Source of the DNA: Bryobacterales bacterium
GTDB taxonomy: Bacteria; Acidobacteriota; Terriglobia; Bryobacterales; UBA6623
Direction: 5' to 3'
Length of the DNA stretch: 64,000 bases
NCBI GenBank assembly: GCA_963422375.2
Contig: OY729428.2
Location: 2,464,001-2,528,000, forward strand
Positions 59,002 to 64,000 of this stretch are shown one piece after another (within the stretch, counting starts at the first letter, position 1; the number at the start of each line of letters is the position of its first letter). The position numbers were made by a program, and so were the translations under genes. Under the pieces are notes generated by a model. The model did no database searches. It saw only the letters and a list, made by a program, of their open reading frames with translations, and was not told where the DNA came from.

Positions 59002-60555
59002 CTAGCGCGCGTTGCGATTGGCCGGCTCGTCAAGCACGAACGCTTCCGGGAATTCGGCCGCCTTCTTCCCTCCCCGTCGGCGCAGGCGCTTGTTCTGCGA
59101 GTTCCCGCGCGGCGCGTTCATGGGGATCGCCATTCCCCCGAGATCGGCCATCATCTCGTACAGGCGCGCCTCCATCTGCTTGGCCGTCTGGGCGAAGGCC
59201 TCGTCGTGGATGAGGTTGCGGGTCTCGCCGGGATCCTCGAGCAGGTCGTACAGCTCGTCGGTGTCCCACAGGCCGTAGTAGGAGATGAACTTGTAGCGGT
59301 CGCCGCGCAGCGCGAATTGAGTCGGCGTGTGGGGGAAGTTCTTCTCCCAGTAATAGACGTAGAGGAAGTAATCCCTCCACTGCACGTCCTTCCCCCGGGC
59401 GACTGGCAGGAAGCTCTGCCCGTCCATGTGAGCCGGCTTCTCCAGGCCCATCGCTTCCATGACCGTCGGCGCGATATCGATGTTCGCTACGACCTGCTCG
59501 ACCACGGTGCCGCCGCGGAACAGGTCCGGGCAGTGCATCAGCATCGGAACGCGGATCGAGGTCTCGTAGGCGACGCGCTTGTCGATCAGTCCGTGCTCGC
59601 CGAACATGAACCCGTTGTCGCCCATGTAGATCACCAGCGTCTCGTCGGCGACGCCCATCTCGCCCAACTGCTCCATGACCCGGCCCAGGCTGTCGTCCAC
59701 GGCGCTGAGCGATTCGTTGTAGCGCTTGTAGTAGCGCTCGACGTCGAGGGCGCTGTGGTAGGGAAAGTCGACTCCGTGCCAGCTGTTCCGCTGGTCCCGG
59801 AGCCAGCGAGGCTTGCCGCGGTAGTTCTCGAAGGTGTCCGCCTCGGTCGCGGAGCGCTGGAACGGAGCCTCGTCCAGCATCCCTGCGTGGCGCTCGGCCG
59901 GGGTGAAGTTCGCGTGAACGGCCTTGTGCGAGAGGTACAGGAAGAAGGGCTGCTGCTCCGTCCGCTGCTGCTCGAGCCACTCGACGGCGTAATCGGTGAG
60001 TTCGTCCGTGATGTAGCCCTTCTGCTCGACGCGCTGGCCGTTGACGTTGAGGGTGTAGTCGGGTCTCGGCGGCAGGTAGTGCCCCTGGCCGCGAAAGCTC
60101 ACCCAGTGATCGAATCCCGGGCGGGGCGAGTCGTCGGCGGCTCCCATGTGCCACTTGCCCACGAAGGCCGTGGCGTAGCCCGCCTTCTGCAGGTACTGCG
60201 GGAAGAACAGCGTCCCCTCCGGCACCATCCGGTTGTTGTCGATCACGCGGTGGCGGAAGGTATAGAGCCCGGTCAGGATCGACGCCCTGCTCGGCGAGCA
60301 GAGCGAGGTGCCGACGAACGCGTTCTTGAGGTGGACGCCGTTCTTCGCCATCGCGTCCATGTGCGGCGTGCGAGCGAACTGGTGCCCTAGGAATGACATC
60401 GCGTCGTAGCGATGGTCGTCCGCCAGGACGAACACCACGTTGCGCGGCGCGACTCCGTCGACCCTAGCGGGCTCGACGGAGTCCGGCACCGGGGTCACGG
60501 CCGCGCCGAGCGCTCCGACCAAGACCGTGGCTGGCACCAGGGCACTGAACTGCAT
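59002..60555 (-). CDS. Sulfatase (N-acetylglucosamine-6-sulfatase-like)
   Basis: NVVFVLADDHR, LCSPSRASILTG, GKWHMG, HKAVH and GDNG...GEHGLIDKR. The start may be a few codons upstream. Confidence 0.93.
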   Translation of the reverse strand: MQFSALVPATVLVGALGAAVTPVPDSVEPARVDGVAPRNVVFVLADDHRYDAMSFLGHQFARTPHMDAMAKNGVHLKNAFVGTSLCSPSRASILTGLYTFRHRVIDNNRMVPEGTLFFPQYLQKAGYATAFVGKWHMGAADDSPRPGFDHWVSFRGQGHYLPPRPDYTLNVNGQRVEQKGYITDELTDYAVEWLEQQRTEQQPFFLYLSHKAVHANFTPAERHAGMLDEAPFQRSATEADTFENYRGKPRWLRDQRNSWHGVDFPYHSALDVERYYKRYNESLSAVDDSLGRVMEQLGEMGVADETLVIYMGDNGFMFGEHGLIDKRVAYETSIRVPMLMHCPDLFRGGTVVEQVVANIDIAPTVMEAMGLEKPAHMDGQSFLPVARGKDVQWRDYFLYVYYWEKNFPHTPTQFALRGDRYKFISYYGLWDTDELYDLLEDPGETRNLIHDEAFAQTAKQMEARLYEMMADLGGMAIPMNAPRGNSQNKRLRRRGGKKAAEFPEAFVLDEPANRNAR

Positions 60556-60664
60556 GCGCACCATCGTAGCGAAGCTCATGGAGTCACGGGCGGAAGCGTC
60601 ATCGGAGACCCCCGGCAACCGCCGGGGCGGCTGCCGCGTCTGTACAATAGCCTTGGAGGCCGCC

Positions 60665-61477
60665 ATGCGCACCGCAACGATACGCACCCTGCTCGCAGTC
60701 GCGGCTTGCGCCGCCCTCGCAGGCCCCCCAGCCCTTGCCGCCACGACCGACTCCGAGCCGTCGATCGAGGAGATCATCGACCGGTTCATCGAGAACGAGA
60801 CGGCCTTCTCGAGGGCGCGCGAGTCCTATACCTACCGGCAGTCGGTCAAGGTGCTCGAGTACAGCAACAGCGGGCGCGTCCGCGGCAAGTTCGAGCTGGT
60901 CCAGGACGTGCTCTTCGGCAACGACGGCAAGCGCATCGAACGGGTGGTCTACGCTCCCCCGAACTCGCTACAGCAGATCCTGCTCACGCCTAACGACATG
61001 GAGGACCTGCGCAGCGTCCAGCCCTTCGTGATGACGCGCGACAACGCGTCCGAGTATCGGATCGACTACCTCGGGGAGCAGCAGGTCGACGAGATCGAAA
61101 CGTACATGTTCTCGGTCAAGCCGAAGAAGATGGTCAAGGGGAAGCGCTATTTCGAAGGGCAGATCTGGGTGGACCAGCTCGGCCTGCAGATCGTGAAGAC
61201 CTACGGCAAGGGCGTCGGCAGGGTGCGCAAGAAGAACTCCGAGCAGTTCCCGCGCTTCGAGACGTACCGCGACCAAGTGGACGGCCAGTTCTGGTTTCCC
61301 GTGTACACGCGGGCCGACGACACGCTGGCGTTTGAATCCGGCCCGCAGAAGATCCGCATGATCATCAAGTACGAGGACTACAAGAAGTTCAAGGGGGTCT
61401 CCACGATCACCTTCGGGGACTTGGTCGACGAAGACGAGAACCCCAGCGGTCGGCCGGGGGAAGGGCGGCAGCCCTGA
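60665..61477 (+). CDS. Conserved-looking secreted hypothetical protein
   Basis: GGAGG RBS, signal peptide, strong GC3 bias, beta-rich sequence (YTYRQ, FEGQIWVD, FWFPVYT). Confidence 0.8.
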   Translation: MRTATIRTLLAVAACAALAGPPALAATTDSEPSIEEIIDRFIENETAFSRARESYTYRQSVKVLEYSNSGRVRGKFELVQDVLFGNDGKRIERVVYAPPNSLQQILLTPNDMEDLRSVQPFVMTRDNASEYRIDYLGEQQVDEIETYMFSVKPKKMVKGKRYFEGQIWVDQLGLQIVKTYGKGVGRVRKKNSEQFPRFETYRDQVDGQFWFPVYTRADDTLAFESGPQKIRMIIKYEDYKKFKGVSTITFGDLVDEDENPSGRPGEGRQP

Positions 61478-61581
61478 CCCGGAGCGCGGGCGCGCCCGCG
61501 GCAAGCGGAGGAAGTCGAACGTCACCCCTGCCCCGAACGAAGCGGGCGTCCCGCGTCGCGGTCGCGCTGTGCCGCGCCCTC

Positions 61582-62820
61582 TTGGTCGCGGCGGTCGGCT
61601 TCGCGGCCGCGGATTCCCCGGCGGGCGCCGCGGAGGGCGACGGCGGCAGCGGTGCCGAGCCGAGGGCATTCGGGCAGATCGGCTCGATGCTGGACGACCT
61701 GCGCGAGATCATGGGCTTCGGCCCGAAGGGCCCGGTGAGGTATTCCGCGATCTCCAAGAGCAAGTTCCAAGCGCTATACAGGCGACGCATGCGGCAGCAG
61801 CAGAGCCCCCGGGCGATCCGCGGCGAGATCCTCTTCCTGAAGATGTTCGGGTTCGTGCCGGAGGGATTCGACTACGAGAAGACGGTGCTGGATCTGATGA
61901 GCGAGCAGGCCTGGGCGCTGTACGACTTCAAGCGCAAGAGCCTGTACCTAGCGGACTGGGCCCCACCCGACGCGCAGGAATTCGCAGTGCTTCACGAGCT
62001 TGTCCACGCCATCGACGACCAGCACTTCAACCTCCTGCGGTACATCGACGGGGCCAAGCAGGCGGAGCGCCAGCTGGCCCGCCTGGCGGCGGTCGAAGGC
62101 CAGGCGTCCTGGGTGATGACCGAATGGGCCATGCGCCAGTCGCGCAAGTCGCTGGTCGGCAACCGGCTGCTGGCAATCACCACCGCCTCGGCGACCCGCT
62201 TCGAGGCCGAGCAGTTCCCGGTATACCGCGACACCCCGCTCTACTTCCGCGAGGTGCTGATCTTCCCCTACACGGACGGGCTGCTGTTCCAGCACGACAT
62301 GATCGAGCGCTTCGGCATGGAGGGCCTGAAACGCGTGTTCCGGCAGCCCCCGCAGAACACGCAGCAGATCATGCAGCCCGACCTGTACCTGGGGCGGATA
62401 GATCCGCAGGGCCCCGACCTGCCGGCGGCGCGGCCGCCGCGAGGCTTCCGGCGGATCTACGAGGGAAGCTTCGGCCAGCTCGATCACCGCATCCTGCTGG
62501 AACAGCACCTCGGGGAGGGGAGCCGCGGGGCGCTGCTCGACAAGTGGCGCGGCTCGCGCTTCGAGATCCGCGAGCGGCGGCGGGACGGGGCCTCGCTGCT
62601 GCGCTACGCCGTGCGCTGGGCGGACGCGGAGACCGCGAGAGAGTACTATCACCTGTACCGGCAAGTCTGCGAGCGGAAGTGGCCGGGCCTCGAGCTGGTG
62701 GACCGCGGCCCCGGCCGCTGCGAGGGCGCCGGCCCGGCCGGCCGGGTGATGCTCGAGCTGAATGCCGACGAGGTCCGGAGCGTCGAAGGCATCCCCGCGA
62801 CCGGCAACGGAGGCACCTAA
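61582..62820 (+). CDS. Putative secreted zinc metallopeptidase
   Basis: HELVH followed by AAVEGQA (gluzincin-like pattern) and FPYTDG. The start is uncertain. Confidence 0.75.
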   Translation: MVAAVGFAAADSPAGAAEGDGGSGAEPRAFGQIGSMLDDLREIMGFGPKGPVRYSAISKSKFQALYRRRMRQQQSPRAIRGEILFLKMFGFVPEGFDYEKTVLDLMSEQAWALYDFKRKSLYLADWAPPDAQEFAVLHELVHAIDDQHFNLLRYIDGAKQAERQLARLAAVEGQASWVMTEWAMRQSRKSLVGNRLLAITTASATRFEAEQFPVYRDTPLYFREVLIFPYTDGLLFQHDMIERFGMEGLKRVFRQPPQNTQQIMQPDLYLGRIDPQGPDLPAARPPRGFRRIYEGSFGQLDHRILLEQHLGEGSRGALLDKWRGSRFEIRERRRDGASLLRYAVRWADAETAREYYHLYRQVCERKWPGLELVDRGPGRCEGAGPAGRVMLELNADEVRSVEGIPATGNGGT

Positions 62821-62822
62821 CG

Positions 62823-63332
62823 ATGATTCGCACCTTGGTCTGCAGCTTGGGCATCAACCTGCTCGCCCTCGGGATCGCGGCCGAGCCGCGACCCGCCCAG
62901 CCGTTCGAGGCGGTCTCCTACGACGGGAGGAGTGTCTCGCTCGACTCGCTGAAGGGCAAGCCCTCCGTGCTGATGTTCTTCTCCACCGACTGCCCGCACT
63001 GCCAGAGGGCCGCGAACGCCATCGACCCGCTTTACCAGTCGCTGCGCCGCGCCGGCTTCCAGATGATCGGACTGAGCCTGAACCAAACCACGAACGCGGG
63101 CCTGCGGGACTTCGCCGCTCGGTTCAACGCGACGTTCCCGCTGGCCCTCTCCTCTCGGACGGAGTTCTCGAGGATTTCCGGCGTGTCGGTCATGACCCGC
63201 ATCTCCTACCCGTACATCCTCTTCCTCGACAAGAACGGAATCATCCGGGAGGAACGCCAGGGATCGGAGGAGGCGTGGTTCGACAACGTCTCGGCGAATT
63301 TCCTCAAGGCCGTCGAGCCCCTGCTGGAGTGA
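62823..63332 (+). CDS. TlpA/redoxin-family thiol-disulfide oxidoreductase
   Basis: Signal peptide, SLDSLKGK, CPHC and YP...LDKNG. Confidence 0.88.
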   Translation: MIRTLVCSLGINLLALGIAAEPRPAQPFEAVSYDGRSVSLDSLKGKPSVLMFFSTDCPHCQRAANAIDPLYQSLRRAGFQMIGLSLNQTTNAGLRDFAARFNATFPLALSSRTEFSRISGVSVMTRISYPYILFLDKNGIIREERQGSEEAWFDNVSANFLKAVEPLLE

Positions 63333-63354
63333 CGCGCGGCCGGGCCTCGGGAAA

Positions 63355-63383
63355 TTGACGGGCAGGCTCGGGGGTGCTACGCT
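63355..63383 (+). promoter_or_regulatory. Putative sigma-70 promoter upstream of the riboswitch
   Basis: TTGACG-N17-TACGCT with TG at the extended -10 position. Confidence 0.5.
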
Positions 63384-63415
63384 ACGATTCAGAGCGTAAA
63401 CGCTCCGAGACATAC

Positions 63416-63599
63416 GTTCGCAGGTGCCTTCAAGGGCGTAACAGGGAAGCCGGTGAGATACCGGCGCGGTCCCGCCACTGTGAGCAGCGAGCCGTCGCAT
63501 CAGGATGCCACTCGGGCCTAGGGTCCGGGGAAGGCGTTGCGACAGCGAGCGCGGCCCCGAGCCGCGGAAAGCTGCGAGCCAGGAGACCTACCTGCGAAC
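63416..63599 (+). ncRNA. Cobalamin riboswitch
   Basis: AGGTGC...AACAGGGAAGCCGGTGAGATACCGGCGCGGTCCCGCCACTGTGA...GCCACT...GGGAAGGC...GAGCCAGGAGACCTACC. Closing helix GTTCGCAGGT/ACCTGCGAAC. Confidence 0.95.
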
Positions 63600-63714
63600 A
63601 GGCTGCAGTCTTTCCGCGCGAGACGGGGGATGAGATGAAGATTTCGCCGAGCCGAACCGGCCTTTCCCGAACCGCTGCGGTCGATCTCCGTCCGCGGAGC
63701 ATGGTGGGAGAGTC

Positions 63715-64000
63715 ATGGGTCCAAGAGCGAGCCGCGTCGCACGCGCGGCGCTGACCATCGCGTGCGCGCTGCCCGTAGGAGCCGCTGCGCTCCGCGCGGA
63801 CACCCTGAGCGGCACGGTGCGCGACGCTAGCGGCCGCCCCGTGCCCGGGGCCGACATCCGGATCGACCGATTCGACGGCGCTAGCGCCTACCGAGTCCGG
63901 TCCGACCAAGCGGGCGCATACAGCGTGCCGGCGCTGGTTCCGGGCAGCTACTGGCTCGTGGCGCACGCGCGGCCATTCCTGCTGTCTTCGACCGAGAGGA
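63715..64000 (+). CDS. Probable TonB-dependent receptor (cobalamin uptake), N-terminus only
   Basis: Not in the ORF track. MGPRASRVARAALTIACALPVGAAALRADTLSGTVRDASGRPVPGADI...SDQAGAYSVPALVPGSY gives a signal peptide plus carboxypeptidase-regulatory-like domain. Lies downstream of the B12 riboswitch. Confidence 0.75.
   Translation, partial: MGPRASRVARAALTIACALPVGAAALRADTLSGTVRDASGRPVPGADIRIDRFDGASAYRVRSDQAGAYSVPALVPGSYWLVAHARPFLLSSTER

Overview
High-GC bacterial chromosomal segment. The gene content (CRTAC1/ASPIC-UnbV protein, carboxypeptidase-regulatory-domain TonB receptors, ECF sigma/zf-HC2 pair, sulfatases) suggests Acidobacteriota; this is an inference, not a database result. The left edge (1-1290) looks like the end of a prophage or integrative element at the 3' end of tRNA-Pro(CGG). 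It carries a Cas4/AddB-like PD-(D/E)XK nuclease and a RecT-family annealase that the ORF track missed. Two nested IS stacks can be resolved base by base. (i) 4794-8355: an ISAzo13-like element (TAA duplication) splits a 2OG-Fe(II) oxygenase-family pseudogene and itself contains an inverted two-copy composite (CATG duplication). (ii) 51272-53837: an IS1595-family element (TAGCAATG duplication) contains a second IS1595-family element (ACCGATTT duplication). The rest is mostly core and metabolic genes: rpoE-like sigma/anti-sigma/rhomboid, argC-argB, amtB-PII-glnD, gltX, thiD, rlpA, a TRAP transporter, glycosyltransferases, two sulfatases, and a cobalamin riboswitch upstream of a TonB receptor at the right edge. 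The most notable oddities are a FolP-like protein lacking most catalytic residues, a coupled HAD phosphatase/LarA-domain pair reminiscent of part of the myxobacterial ether-lipid (elb) cluster, and recurrent 9-17 bp micro-duplications inside transposase genes. All family calls come from reading motifs by eye; no searches were run.
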